Made by a program: the position numbers and the translations under genes. Below are positions 36,118 to 48,734 of a stretch of DNA of 64,000 nucleotides, one piece after another. The number at the start of each line of letters is the position of its first letter. Position 1 is the stretch's first letter. Below the pieces are notes generated by a model that saw nothing but the letters and a program-made list of their open reading frames with translations, did not search any database and was not told the origin of the DNA. The DNA comes from Callorhinchus milii (taxonomy: Eukaryota). Where the stretch lies: the NCBI RefSeq assembly GCF_018977255.1, contig NW_024704742.1, positions 126,172,001-126,236,000 on the forward strand. The letters are read 5' to 3'.

Positions 36118-36608
36118 CAAAGGAGATTTACAAGGATGATACCAGGAATGAGGGACCTTGATTATGAGGAAAGGTTAGAGAGGCTAGGATTATTCTCATT
36201 GGAGCAGAGAAGGTTATGAGGAAACCTAATAGAGGTTTTCAAAAGCATGAGGAGATTTGATGGGTTAGAAAGGGAAAAACTGTTTCCACTGGTGGGTATG
36301 TCTGTGACTTGAGGTCACAGATTCAAAATAGTATCTAAAAGAAGCAGAGGGGAGGTGAGAAGAAATTTTTTCACACAGCGAGTTGTTCGAATCTGGAACG
36401 CATTGCCTGAAAGGGTGGTCGAGGCCGATAACTACTTTTAAAAACGCGGTGGATAGGTATTTGAGGAGGACGGGTTTGCAGGGTTATGGGGAAAAGGCTG
36501 GGGAGTGGGATTGACATTAATTGCTCTATTCAAAGAGCCGGCACAAACTCGATGGGCCGAATGGCCTCTTTTTGTGCTGTATAATTCTATGATTCTATGA
36601 TTCTATGA
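36118..36608 (+). mobile_element. CR1 3' fragment
   Basis: LGLFSLEQRRL, FFTQRVVRIWNALP; (ATTCTATG)n end. Confidence 0.92.
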
Positions 36609-36744
36609 TGAATGATAAACTGTATGCCCATCTAACTGCATGCATTTTACCTCAGGGCACAGCCAACCCATCCAAATCACTCAAACCTCTTCACTTGACA
36701 AACACCCATTCTGAAGCACCTTAAAGTATCGCTTATCAAGATTG

Positions 36745-37270
36745 TTTTTGGTCAGTTGGGTGAATGACACATTTCACAAAGCACCATCATGCTTAAGAGA
36801 ACTCAATTAGATTGAGAGTTCTATGTATATATGCCATCTATCAATGAAGGAAGATTTTTCTTTGCCTGGAACAGAATGCGCACTCTCTCCCTGGATGGAC
36901 ACAGCCTAATTACCTTATTCTGGAAAGTATTAGGTGCAAGTTAGCAAGCACAGAGGATTAGAAACTTCAGAGTGTGGTTTGAGGTTTTGTTGGAGCTTAA
37001 ACAGCTAAAACAGGATAGTTTCCTTTTGCTTGTCCGGGTAGGACTACCCTACCTGTTAGGGCTTTGGCTTGTAGAATTAACAAGAGCCAAGTGGAAAGAG
37101 TTCCCAGTGACTGACCTGCACCTCCAAATCCTCTTGATAATCCAGGCTAGCTGTATTGTCATCAGCAGTGCCTTGGAGTACTACGGACTAGCCTGGCTCA
37201 GTAACCGGATGACTGAGACTGCCATAGAATGTCAATGCGATTCTGATATGCCATTGTCAAGCACAGCACT
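36745..37270 (-). repeat. Most complete copy of the unclassified ~500-bp repeat
   Basis: Collinear blocks shared with 75-810, 7400-7545, 46440-46560 and the inverted copies at 40395 and 60968. Confidence 0.6.
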
Positions 37271-37595
37271 TAATAATAATAGTAATAATAATCCTTGCAT
37301 TTGATATAGTGCTTTTCACGTCATTAGGACGTCCCAAAGCGCTTCACAGAACACACTGTAAAGTGAATTGACTGTTGTTTGTGGGCGAACGCGGCAGCCA
37401 ATTGCGCACAGCAATGTCCCACAAACAGTCGTAGATTGAAAATGACCAATTTATTATTGTTTTTGTTTTTTGGAGGGATTACTATTAGGCGTGTGGAGTA
37501 AGGAAACTTGCCCAAGGTTTTGCCCTTCCTGAAATTGAACTCAAGTCTCTCAATTGCAAAACGAGTGCTCTAACCACTGAGCTACAGGACTCCAC
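37271..37595 (-). mobile_element. Young short-subfamily SINE
   Basis: Near-identical to 969-1303. Confidence 0.95.
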
Positions 37596-37719
37596 TTAGT
37601 TGTCAGCTCAGCTGCAAGGAGGCCTCCATCCCAAAGGATAATCACCAGTTGGTCACTTATCAAGGTGATGTATCTTACCTGTAACTTTCAAACCAGCATG
37701 AGGATATATTCATGGTAGT

Positions 37720-38027
37720 TATAATAATAATAATAATAATCCTTGCATTTGATATAGCACTTTTCACTCTCAAAGCGCTTCACAGAACAGATTATAAAGT
37801 GAATTGATTGTATATTTGTGTGCGAAATGTGGAAGCCAATTGCGCACAGCAGTGTCCCACAAACAGTCGTGGATTGAAATGACCAATTTATTATTGTTTT
37901 TTTTGAGGGATTATTATCAGGCGTGTGGAGTAAGGGAACTTGCCCAAGGTTTCACCCTGCCGGGAATTGAACCCAGGTCTCTCATTTGCAAAGCGAGTCC
38001 TCCAACCACTGAGCTACAGGATTCCAC
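37720..38027 (-). mobile_element. Short-subfamily SINE
   Basis: Head, body and tail present; small deletion in the 3' stem-loop. Confidence 0.92.
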
Positions 38028-38125
38028 AGTTTCCAAACAATGCACTATTTCCTTCCCGTCTCTCAAACCTCACAAAGCTTCTATATTACTAGTTGTCCTC
38101 TGGAAGCAAGACTTTCTCCGATGAC

Positions 38126-38362
38126 AATAATAATCCTTGCATTTGATATAGCGCTTTTCACGTCAGGAGGACGTCCCAAAGTACTTCACAGAACACACTG
38201 TAAATAGACCAATCTATTATTGTTTTTTTTTTTTTTGGAGGGATTATTATTAGGCGTGTGGAGTAAGGAAACTTGCCCAAGGTTTCGCCCTCTGCCTGGA
38301 ATTGAACTCAGGTCTCTCACTTGCAAAGCGAGTGCTCTAACCACTGAGCTACAGGACTCCAC
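38126..38362 (-). mobile_element. Young short SINE with the Deu-like body deleted
   Basis: Tail joined at CTGTAAATAGACCAAT to the head half. Confidence 0.9.
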
Positions 38363-39240
38363 AACTAATAAAGCAAAACAGTGTTTTTTGCCAGCTCTAG
38401 ATTCCTCTCTGCTTGGGCCATTTTTGTTAGAAGCACCTAGAGACTCATCCTACGTGAAGGGTATTATAAAAGTACAAGACAGTGTTGTACTAATGCTTGG
38501 TTGCAGACCAGCATTGGCAGATATTTTCAACTATGTTGCCTGGGTACCTAGAAAACAGTCTGATGCAACATCCTAAAGAAGAACAAACTATAACTAGAAA
38601 GACAAGAAAAATGTCTTCACTAAAAAATAAACTGTGAGCCAAGAACTTAATCAGTAAGTAAAGATGCTTTTCCACCCTACGTAACACTATGTGTGTGCCA
38701 CTAATACACTGCAAACATTAACTTGTGCTTTTGCTCTAAACAACTTGAGTATTAGTACTTACAGGTGCTCTCGCTTCACAGTAGAAGAAATGTACTAAAT
38801 GAAACATCAGTATGCAAATTGCAGTTTTCCTAATTCTAATATGGATCTCCTTACAAAAAGCCATGTAACATGATTCAATATTCTTGCATTGCCATCTATT
38901 ACTTGTTTAAACTCCCCTGCTGACATTTTCAATAGCATACAAATCCTTTGATTAAAAACATTAACTCCAAATTGTGTAATTCATTGAATTGACTTCATTC
39001 CTCACTCCATTTCAGAGGAGGTTAAGCTAATCATTCTCTGTGCCAGGATGTGAGTTTTTAACATCAATAATCCAGCATCAAGATAGTCTGTGCTCATGAA
39101 TCTCAAGTGTTGAGCATCAATTCTGCTATTGAATTTAAAATCAATAAAAAATATAAAATGGATCTGTTCTACTGCTCATTCCTCATTCCCTCTATCCCAC
39201 CATTAATGCCCAAGCCTCAGCTACTATGTAGAGCAACTTC

Positions 39241-39931
39241 AATGGAGTTATGTAGCTTAGTGGTTAGAGCACACCTCACCTCACAAGTGAGAGTTTTGGG
39301 TTTGATTCCAGGCAGAGCAAAACACTGGGCAAGTTTCCTTACTCCACACGCCTCTGTTTACCTAGCAGTAAGTAGTAACCCATTATTCAATTGGATGGAT
39401 TGCTTTTCTGGGGGTAATGAGCCCTTCAGAATAAATAATAATAATAATTTGGCCACTCAACCCGCAGCTATTGTGGAGTCCTGTAGCTCAGTGGTTAGAG
39501 CGCTTGCTTTGCAAGTGAGAGACCTGAGTTCAATTCCAAGCAGAGCGAAACCTTGGGCAAGTTTCCTTAATCCACACACTTAATAATAATCCCTCCAAAA
39601 ACCCAAAACAATAATAAATTGGTCATTTTCAATCTACGACTGCTTGTGGGACATTGCTGTGTGCAATTGGCTGCCGCGTTCACCCACAAATATACAGTCA
39701 ATTCACTTTACAGTGTGTTCTGTGAAGCGCTTTGGGACGTCCTCCCGACGTGAAAAGCGCTATATCAAATGCAAGGATTATTATTATTATTGGTGGGACA
39801 CTGCTGTGCGCAATTGGCTGCCATATTTCACCCACAAAATATACAGTATATTCTGTGAAGCTCTTTGAGACATTTTGAAGACATGAAAAGGCACTATATC
39901 AAATGCAAGGATTATTATTATTATTATTACT
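39241..39931 (+). mobile_element. Long-subfamily SINE with a young short SINE (39473-39790) nested inside
   Basis: TATTG at 39469-39473 and 39788-39792; the outer halves rejoin into one long-form SINE. Confidence 0.9.
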
Positions 39932-40394
39932 ATGGCCCTACCCTCTTGAACTGTCTCACACAATCCTTGCACCTTGCTTCAGTACTTCAAGGCCAACAAT
40001 GCATTTCTGCTTCAGAAAGCAACTGGGTTGAATTTCCAGTTAGCAAAACAAGTAGCGCCTTTGGCAATGTCAACCACCAGTGGGATCTCTCTATTATATT
40101 CATGCAACCCAAAAAGATGCTACATGTAACACTGACTGGAAGTACAGTCCAATCTTTGGGCATCAAATTACAATTGAAGTTTCAGGCTTCCAATTGAAAT
40201 TATCATGGTTATGTTGTTTCATACATTTCTGTGGTTGATAACGTCAATAAATGTAATTCCATTGCCAGAAATGGCATATTACGGTAACATGCTTGCTGCA
40301 TTGTGTGGCAACTCTGAATCTGAAAAAGATAGATTCTGTACGAGCAGAATCAACCAATATTTGATTTAGAATGTTGACCAGTGTTGCAATGGTA

Positions 40395-40563
40395 AGCTGT
40401 CTGGTGTCCCCAAGCCTTTGCTCTTGCCAACCTGCAGAGTGAATCCCTTTAGACAAAAGGAAATTTCCATACACATGTGGAACTCTGAATAGCGCTTTGA
40501 ATACTCTTAAGCATGGCGATGGATTTCCTCACGTGTCAGACACTCGGCTAGTCAAAAAAAATC
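40395..40563 (+). repeat. Fragment of the unclassified repeat, with A-rich end
   Basis: CCCCAAGCCTTTGCTCTTGCCAA, GGAAATTTCCAT and GTGTCAGACACTCGGCTAGTCAAAAAAA match 61140-61340. Confidence 0.55.
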
Positions 40564-41759
40564 TATATTTCTATTCCTCACACATTCAACATTGTATCAA
40601 TCCAATTCAACATTGGATTGTACTTTATTAGGTTGGAATCATGTGTTTGAACAATTAATCCCTCCAAGTTGTATAATTTTGTGTTTCTGACCTTGGGCGT
40701 GTTTGTTTTAATAATTTTGAACAAAAGGTCAAAAGTATAAAGGATAAAAGATTAAGATTGGATATCAAAATGTCAAGTAATTTCAAGGGATAACAATTAA
40801 TTTCTTCACCAGGTGCCTGCGATTAATGTTTATCTATTGAAATACTAAACTTGTATTAGATTATACATGTCAAACAGGCATTGAATAAATAACATATTTA
40901 TTATTCAATCAGTGACAGTTCTTCTGGATGTAAAACGGTCACATCACAGTTATGTATAAAATTCATTCTTATTAATCCCCGTTTGGATTTTTAAATTTTA
41001 TTTCATTTCTGTGCTTCCCCAATTCAATTACTGGAGTCTCTTTCTATCTGATCTCTGTAAAAAAAAATTTAGTTAATGCTTTATACTTTCCAGTATAGTT
41101 AATGGAAAGATCCTACGGGACACAGAGAATACAAATTGGAATTGTTTTTTATTTGTGGAACAATAGATATGCTGAAGGAATAGTAGGGGAAATTGAATGA
41201 TTAGGCCAAAATGATAGATGTTCTGCTGTGTGACATATCTAGTAAAGGGGTAATTCAGTAGTTTTGTCATAATGTGTTCAATGTGAGAATCATCACATTG
41301 AATATACAGCATTATGAAACCTTGCTCATTTCCATTCATGAATTATCTGCAATAACCTCCTCTAACCTACTTACGTTCAGATCTGCTCTCATGGTATTTG
41401 TAATTACCATGTCACCATCTTTGAACTTCTGGATTCTGGCAGAAGTTTATGTTGAGATCCTGTACTCACATTAATACCAATTTAATTAAATCGCAACAGA
41501 GATTTGGATTAAGAAGGCTCTTCAGCCCATTTAATCTCATCTTTCTAGAATACCCACGTATTGTCCTTCCATCACAGGTCAACTTTTTTTTTAATGAATC
41601 CAGTGTTCTGGGGTCAACCACCCTTTCTGGTAACCTATTCCAGTCTTTAATTACCCTTTGACTCAAAAAATACTTCCTTGTGTTTGTCCTGAAATTACCG
41701 TTTGCATCTGTAAACATGTGTCCCTCTTGTTCTGCTGCCTTGGCGTATCCAAAAGTAAT

Positions 41760-42095
41760 TACAACAACAACAACAACTTGCACTTATATAGTGCCCTCCT
41801 CGCAGGGTAGCGTCTCAGAGCACTTAACAGGGGTGGAGAGTGACTCTGAGCCGGGTGAGGGGAGGTGACCGTAGCACGGTCGAAAAGGAAGGTTTTAAGG
41901 TGGGACTTGATAAAGGGGAGAGAGGGAACAAGGCAGAGGGATTAAGGGAGAGTGTTCCAAAGTTTTGGAGCATAGTGGCTGAAAGCGCGACCTCCAATGG
42001 TAAAGCGGAGGATGTTGCCAGTCAAACGGAGGCGCCGGGTGGTGGATTGGCGACTGAGGAGGTCAGAGAGGTAGGGAGAGGAGGTCGGAGAGGAA
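41760..42095 (-). mobile_element. Old L2 3' end
   Basis: (GTT)n tail; GTGGCTGAAAGCGCGAC block shared with 51340-51357. Confidence 0.8.
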
Positions 42096-42835
42096 AGGAG
42101 GGAATTAATTTCTCATATAAGGTCCTTTCTGCCTGGTCAGGTTGACAGCCAAATGTGACCCCAAGGCTGAAGAGTGGAATGCTGAGCTACAGGAGTAAAA
42201 TGGCTCTGCCTGAGGGAATGCTGGAGTGCTCCAGTACAGTGTGAGCTTTAGCATTTGAACCTATATAAACAGCGCAGTCCACAGAATAGGCTTGGAAGGA
42301 ATAAAGCCAGGTGTAGCTGAGATTGGTAGTGTGTGAGAAAAGTCTCTAAAGGGCATTCAGTAGAGATAAATGAGGCGATCAGAAAACATGGGACATTTTG
42401 TGAGGTCCCTTCCATTTAACTTTATTGAGTGCATCTACCATTTAAAGAAGCCAAGCAAGGCTGAACTCCAATGCAATGCTGAGGAAGTGCCATCCTTCGG
42501 GTGATATATTGAACCAAAGTTCCGTTGTATCTGTTCAGAAAAGAGTATCATTCAAAAAGAGAATGGAGTGCCTACCTGGCCAACAATCCCCCAGATAAAA
42601 TGAATCATTCACTTCATGGCTGTTTATTGGATGATCAAATTGGTTGCTATATTCACTTACAATTAAGCAATCACTTTACATAAAATCCTGTGAAGTGTTT
42701 TGACAAGCTGTATCAAATGCGAGGATTATTTATTTATGTTCCAGGCTATGTCATTCAATCCCCCCGTACCCCAATTTCTAGGGCAGCACAAAAAGGAGCA
42801 TCAGTAGTAACAGAAAATAAATAAAGCAAGTGATC

Positions 42836-44180
42836 AACAACAACAAAATTACAGTTGTATAACTTGGGAGGACGTCCCAAGGCACTGGACAGTCAGTGTT
42901 CCGGACCCGAGCTGGGGGTTGGGATTGGGGAGGGTGGAGGGCAGTAGAGGAAGGAGGCTGATCGAAATCCAGGTTGAAGGGGAGGGTCTTGAGATGGGTC
43001 TTGAAGGAGGCTAGAGGGGCCGAGGCGGAGGGACTGTGGGATGGAGTTCCAGAGGGTGGCTGAAGGCCCGCCCGCCAATGGTGGGGTGGGCAAGGTGAGG
43101 GACGTGAAGCAGGCCGGAGCCCTCTGAGCTGGTTGAGAGGGGGTTAGGAGTTCATAGAGTTAGGGGGGAGTGAGGCCTTGGAGGGCTTTGAAGGTGAGGA
43201 TCAGGATCTTGAACTGTATCCTCTGTGTGATGGGAAGTCAGTGGAGTCGGGCGAGGATGGGGGTGATAGGGTCACGTAGCCCGGTGCGGGAGAGGATGCA
43301 GGCTGCAGAGTTCTGGATGATCTGCAGCTTATGGAGGGAGGAGTTATGGAGGCCGACATGCAGGGAGTTTTCATCGTCAAGCCTGGATGTTATGAATGCA
43401 TGTATGAGGGTTTCGGCTGGCTGTGGTGTGAGACAGTGGCAGAGTCGGGCGATGATGTAGTGGTGGGGGAAGGCAGAGCGGGTCATGGCATGGATGTTGG
43501 GTAGAAGGTATAATTGAGGGTCAAGTAGATAGCATATAGATATTGAAGAGGAGGGGACCAAGTGCAGAGCCCTGAGGACCGGCATACAAGACGGTGCGGG
43601 GGCTAGAGAAGAAATCGTTTGTGAAGATGAAGTGGAGATAATAATAATAATAATCCTTGCATTTGATATAGCGCTTTTCACGTCGGGAGGACATCCCAAA
43701 GCACTTCACAGAACACACTGTAAAGTGAATTGACTATATTTGTGGGCGAACGCGGCAGCCAATTGCGCACAGCAATGTCCCACAAACAGTCGTAGATTGA
43801 AAATGACCAATTTATTATTGTTTTGTTTTGGAGGGATTATTATCAGGCGTGTGGAGTAAGGAAACTTGCCCAAGGTTTCGCCCTCTGCCTGGAATTGAAC
43901 TTGGGTCTCTCGCTTGCAAAGCGAGTGCTCTAACCACTGAGCTACAGGACTCCACCATATTGGTGTGAGAGGTATGATCTGAAGCATTCAAGGACAGAAC
44001 CATGAAGGTTGAGGTGAGAGGAGAGGCGATGGATAAGGATAGAGTGGTCAACGGTATTGAAGGCAGCAGAGAGGTCAAGGAGGACGAGGAGGCAAATGGA
44101 CAGAATGTTTATTTGTCATTTTGACCAGAGCTGTTTCTGTGCTGTGGGCGGCACAGAAACACGATTGGAGGGGTTCGTGA
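42836..44180 (-). mobile_element. L2 LINE fragment with nested SINE
   Basis: [41 protein letters not shown] at 43638-43955. Confidence 0.9.
43638..43955 (-). mobile_element. Young short-subfamily SINE
   Basis: Near-identical to 969-1303; interrupts L2 at GAAGTGGAGAT|..|ATTGGTGTGAGAGG. Confidence 0.95.
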
Positions 44181-44314
44181 AGGGAGAATATCTTGAACTT
44201 TCAGCAGATTGGAGAATTAAAACAGTCAGAAATCAATATTTAATAAGAAAAAATTGAATTTAGTTAATATAATAAATTGTGTCTAAAACCATGCTACTTT
44301 CTAAGAGAATTTCT

Positions 44315-44715
44315 TATAATAATCTTTGCATTCGATATAGCGCCTTACCACATCAATGGAATGTCACAAAGCATTTTTACTGTGAAGTGCACAATGACTG
44401 AATTTGAAAGCAAACACAGCAGCCAATTTATGTACAGCAATGTCCCACATTCCAGCCAAAAAATGAATGAACAATTTTATCTGGAGGATTGTTGGGCAAA
44501 ACACCAGGAGAAGCTCCTTTCTCTTTTTCATTAGTGCCATGGAATCTTTAGCATCACCCGAACAAGCAGATGGCCACTAAGTGTAACTTCTCATCCAAAT
44601 GAAGGGATCTCTGACAACACTGTATTGGAGCATTAGCTATGAGCTCAGTGTCCTGATATTGGCTTCAACCCACAAACCTCCTGACTCAGAGTACTTGTGA
44701 GTACAGCCAACTGTG
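44315..44715 (-). mobile_element. Old Deu-domain SINE
   Basis: Tail, CAGCAATGTCCCAC, AGTGCCATGGAATCTTT and CCTCCTGACTCAGAG read on the + strand. Confidence 0.75.
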
Positions 44716-45036
44716 CTAAAAAGTTCTTAGTTAGAATTCAGAGATTAGGATTTGGGTAACTGCACACACGTCATATAGACCATCAGGAACTCAGCTGGAG
44801 TACAATCTATTTTGTAATTAGTTCCCAAGGTTCTGCACCTGTAATATTAACATATTCCTGGTTATTATTTGTGACTCAAATTCCTTATTCCTTAATTCCT
44901 TACAGAAATCCCCTTAGAAATCATCATGTGTTAGACCGCCATCACATGTCTAATTCCACAACTAGAATCCATAGTCCTTACTTTTCTTAACATAATATTA
45001 GAAGTAAGTTATAACATTTCTCCTAAGTTTTAATTT

Positions 45037-45342
45037 ATGATGATCCTTGCATTTGATATAGCGGTTTATCACGTCTTTGAGACGTCTCAAAGCACTTCAC
45101 AGAATATACTGTAAAGTGAATTGACTGTATATTTTGTGGACGAAACGCGGCAGCCAATTGCGCACAGCAGTTTCCCACCAACAGTCATGGATTGAGTGAC
45201 TAAATTATTATTATTTTTTTTTGAAGGGACTATTACCCCCAAAGTGATCCACCAATTGGCTAACAACCGGTTTCCTACTTACTGCTAGGTAAACAGAGGA
45301 GTGTGGAGTAAGGAAACTTTCCCAACGTTTTGTACTGCCCGG
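45037..45342 (-). mobile_element. Long-subfamily SINE, head truncated
   Basis: Tail with older loop GAGACGTCTCAAAGACGTG; long-form insert present. Confidence 0.9.
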
Positions 45343-45523
45343 TGAAATTTGTCTACTGCCTTGATCTTTCAGTTTTAACCTAACTAAATCTGCATTATTA
45401 ATGATTGAATAAATATGATGTGTGTTGATTACTTCTGAAACACCACCGATGTCTCAAAGAGCTGCACAGAGTTTTATGCAATGTGTAGTGACTCCATTTT
45501 TAGGTGAAATACACTTTCCACAC

Positions 45524-45760
45524 AGCAACAACAACAACAACAAAAATACATTTGTATAGCGCCTTTCACGTCCCAAGGGGCTGGACAGACAGAGTTTCGG
45601 ACCCAAGGTGGGGGTCAGGGTCGAGGAGGGCAGGGAAGGAAGCAGGGAAATCAAAAGCACAGTCGAAGAGGAGGGTCTTGAGATGGGTCTTGAAGGCGGC
45701 AAGGGAGGGGGCGAGGGGGAGGGACTGCAGGATGGAGATCCAGAGGATGGGGGCAGAGTG
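45524..45760 (-). mobile_element. L2 3' end joined to an old Deu SINE (45760-45900)
   Basis: FKTHLKTLLFDCAF with (GTT)n tail; junction GCAGAGTG|TCCCACAAAC. Confidence 0.8.
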
Positions 45761-45977
45761 TCCCACAAACAACCATGAAGTGAATTGTTCTATCTGGGAG
45801 ATTGTTGGCCGAGACACATTGAAAAATTCCTTTATTTTTTCGAAGAGTGTCATGGCATCTTTAAAATTCACCTGAACAGGCAGACAGGATCTCCTTCCAA
45901 CATCTTATCTAATTTGTGTGCTGTAGGATGGCACCAACCTTCTGACCAGAAATCCTGGATGAATTGATCCTTATAGG

Positions 45978-46421
45978 ACTTTGAGACATCAAAAAGGGCT
46001 TCACAGAATATACTGTAAAGTGAATTGACTGCATATTTTGTGGGCAGAACGCGGCAGGGAGGGAGCGATGACGGGGTAGAGAGTCGAGAGGGGAGCTGAA
46101 GGCACAGTCAAAGAGAAAGGTCTTGGACCGGCCTTGAAGGAGGAAGGGGAGGAGGCAAGGCGAAGGCATTGGGGGATGGAGTTCCAGAGCCTAGGGGCTG
46201 AGAGGCTGAAGGCCCGGCCACCAATGGTAGGGCGGTTGTGGTGGGGGATGTGGAGCAGACCGGAGCCAGAGGAACGGAGGGTACGGGCAGGTAAGTAGGG
46301 GGATAGTAGGTTGGAGAGGTAGGAGGGGGCAAGGCGGTGAATGGCCTTGTAGGTGAAGATGAGGATCTTGAATCTCACGTTTGCGAGGCGATTGCTCCAA
46401 CAACTAAGCTACAGGACTCCA
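45978..46421 (-). mobile_element. Composite: SINE head + L2 ORF2 end + SINE 3' body
   Basis: 46373-46421 SINE head, 46058-46372 young-type L2 (FKILIFTYKAIH..LWNSIPQ), 45978-46057 SINE body; all on the minus strand. Confidence 0.8.
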
Positions 46422-46577
46422 AGCAATGCTTAAGAGTATCCAAGTGGGAAGAATTCCTGCCCCCCAACTGGTCTGCGCCTCCAAATCCTGCTGAAGAATC
46501 AAGCTCGCTGGAAGTCATCAGCAGTGCTCTGGAATACTACAGACCTCCCTGGTTCAGGAACATACCACTAGCGTGTG

Positions 46578-47030
46578 TGTCAGCCCGGCTCAGTTGGCAG
46601 CACTCTCACCTCTGCGTCAGAAGATTGTGGGTTGAAGCCCCACATCGGGGCTTTGAACTCACATAACCTAAGCTGACATTCCAATGAAGTGCTGGAGGTT
46701 TACTGCATGGTACAATGTGCCATCTTTTGCATGAATCATTAAGTCGAAGCCCTGTCTGCCTATTCAGGTGGATGTTAAAGATCCCATGCCACTCTTCGAA
46801 AAGAGAAGGAAGTTTCTTCCAGTGTCCTGGCAAACAATCCCACCCAAATAAAAATTAATCATTTGTTTTATGGCTGTTTGTGGGACATTGCTGTGCTCAA
46901 TTCGGCTGCCTCGTTCACCCACAAAACTCACAGTCACTCCATTTCAAACTAATTCTGTGAAGCGCTTTGGGATGTCCTCCAGATGTGAAAGATTCTATAC
47001 CAAATGCAAGGATTATTATTATTATTATTT
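46578..47030 (+). mobile_element. Old Deu-domain SINE (SacSINE1-like), full length
   Basis: GGCTCAGTTGGCAGCACTCTC..GGTTGAAGCCCCAC head through L2-type tail and (ATT)n. Confidence 0.85.
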
Positions 47031-48734
47031 ATTAACACAGAGAATCGACTTGATTCTGACATTCTGTTGTCAAGCATATCACCTGCAGACCACTCAGCTC
47101 CAAGGAGACCCCGCTTACCTCCCCATCCCCATACTTATACTTCCCCATAATTATACTTCCCTTTGGGTCTGATCCAACTACAATGAATTAGGCTTCCTTG
47201 ATTGTCCAAGACAGTCCTCTCAGGTCAAGTTTGCCAATGGCAGTCTGACTGACCCTCTCTTTTGTCTGTTAACCTTGTAGAGTCTCCCCGGAGTGACGCA
47301 GCAGAGATCAGAAATGCAGTCATGTGAGGATCTAATCTCAATTCATTTTAACAGTGCTGATGTTGCTGAATTACGCATATTTAGCATCCGAAAGAGACGT
47401 CACATCCAGTAAAATTAATATGTAAATCTGATGTGCTATTGGAATATTAAACTGGACATGATACGACAAAACTGATTTGACGATGCTTTGGCTGCAGACA
47501 ATTACATTATGTCAGGTTGGATAACAGCCTACAACCACAGGAATCGCTAACAAGGACAAAGGTTAATCCTGGGAGATGCTATAAGCAGGAAAAATAATGG
47601 TATAACTTATTCTGGGATGCCAAAGGGTATATTCAAATCTTTACATGACCTCGTAAAGATATGCTGATCTAGCTTCAATAATCCTGGCTCAGCAATTTCT
47701 CGATTGTTGACGCAACATTGAATGCAACATTTTGAAAAACTCCACAGGAAAACAAAACAATACTGAATTCAGGATTTTTAAACAATAATTTAGTATAAAA
47801 TATTTACAGTAAAATGGTATATTTGATAATCAGTCTCTCAATGACAACATCACACTCGTAAACATTAATATACAATATGTTATGCTTATTATTTTGCTAC
47901 TTCCTGTTATAATCCTTACATTTGATAAAAATACTTTTCAAGTGACTGCACATTTTGTAGGTAATTTCTGTTCGGTGTCTTGTTGGATCAGATTTGATAA
48001 TTTTTGTGAAGGGTATAGTAGTAGTAATAATAATAATATTCTTTGTCAATATAGCACCTGATCATGTCATCAAGACTGATCACAAGATCACAAGATTTGT
48101 TTCGATGAAGAAGGCCCTTCGACCCATCTGATCTCATCTTTCCAGAATACACAGGCAACCATCCTCTCACCGAAAGTCAGCAATATTATCATGTTGAAAG
48201 ATATTTTATAGCAGTACAAGTTATCAATTCTTATTTTTATTCTTATTTTTGTTTGCATTGGGATGTGAAAAATGTCTAGGTCTTACTTGAGGCAAGCATC
48301 TTATGGCAAATATAACTTGAATCAGAAATGCTAATCAAAACCTTTCCAATTCAGCTTCAAGTGTAATTTATTATTGCCCTTTGGTTTGTAGGGATTGCCC
48401 CTGATTGATGTATCTCATTTCTAATCCTATTACTTTTTGTGAGAAGGTAATATTGTCCACACAATATGGATCCAGGCCGTGTAGTGTTGGCTTCTACTGG
48501 AGAGAAAACATAACAAAACACTACTTGTGTTCTAAAGCTCCTCATATTTGTCTCCTTTGATACATTTCAAATCAATGCTTTTAAATAAAATTAAGATAAA
48601 TGTCTCCCACTAAAAACCAGGCTACCAATGTAATATTTCCCAGAGGTACATGCTTACACTTCTTTGAAATGAGAAACATATCAAATGGTAGTTCAACCTC
48701 TTTTTTATTAAACATACATTTAGTCTGTGCAGGG

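Noticed and set aside
39473..39545. tRNA-Ala(TGC)-like sequence
   Set aside because: It is the SINE head: the acceptor stem does not pair and it is always followed by SINE body sequence.
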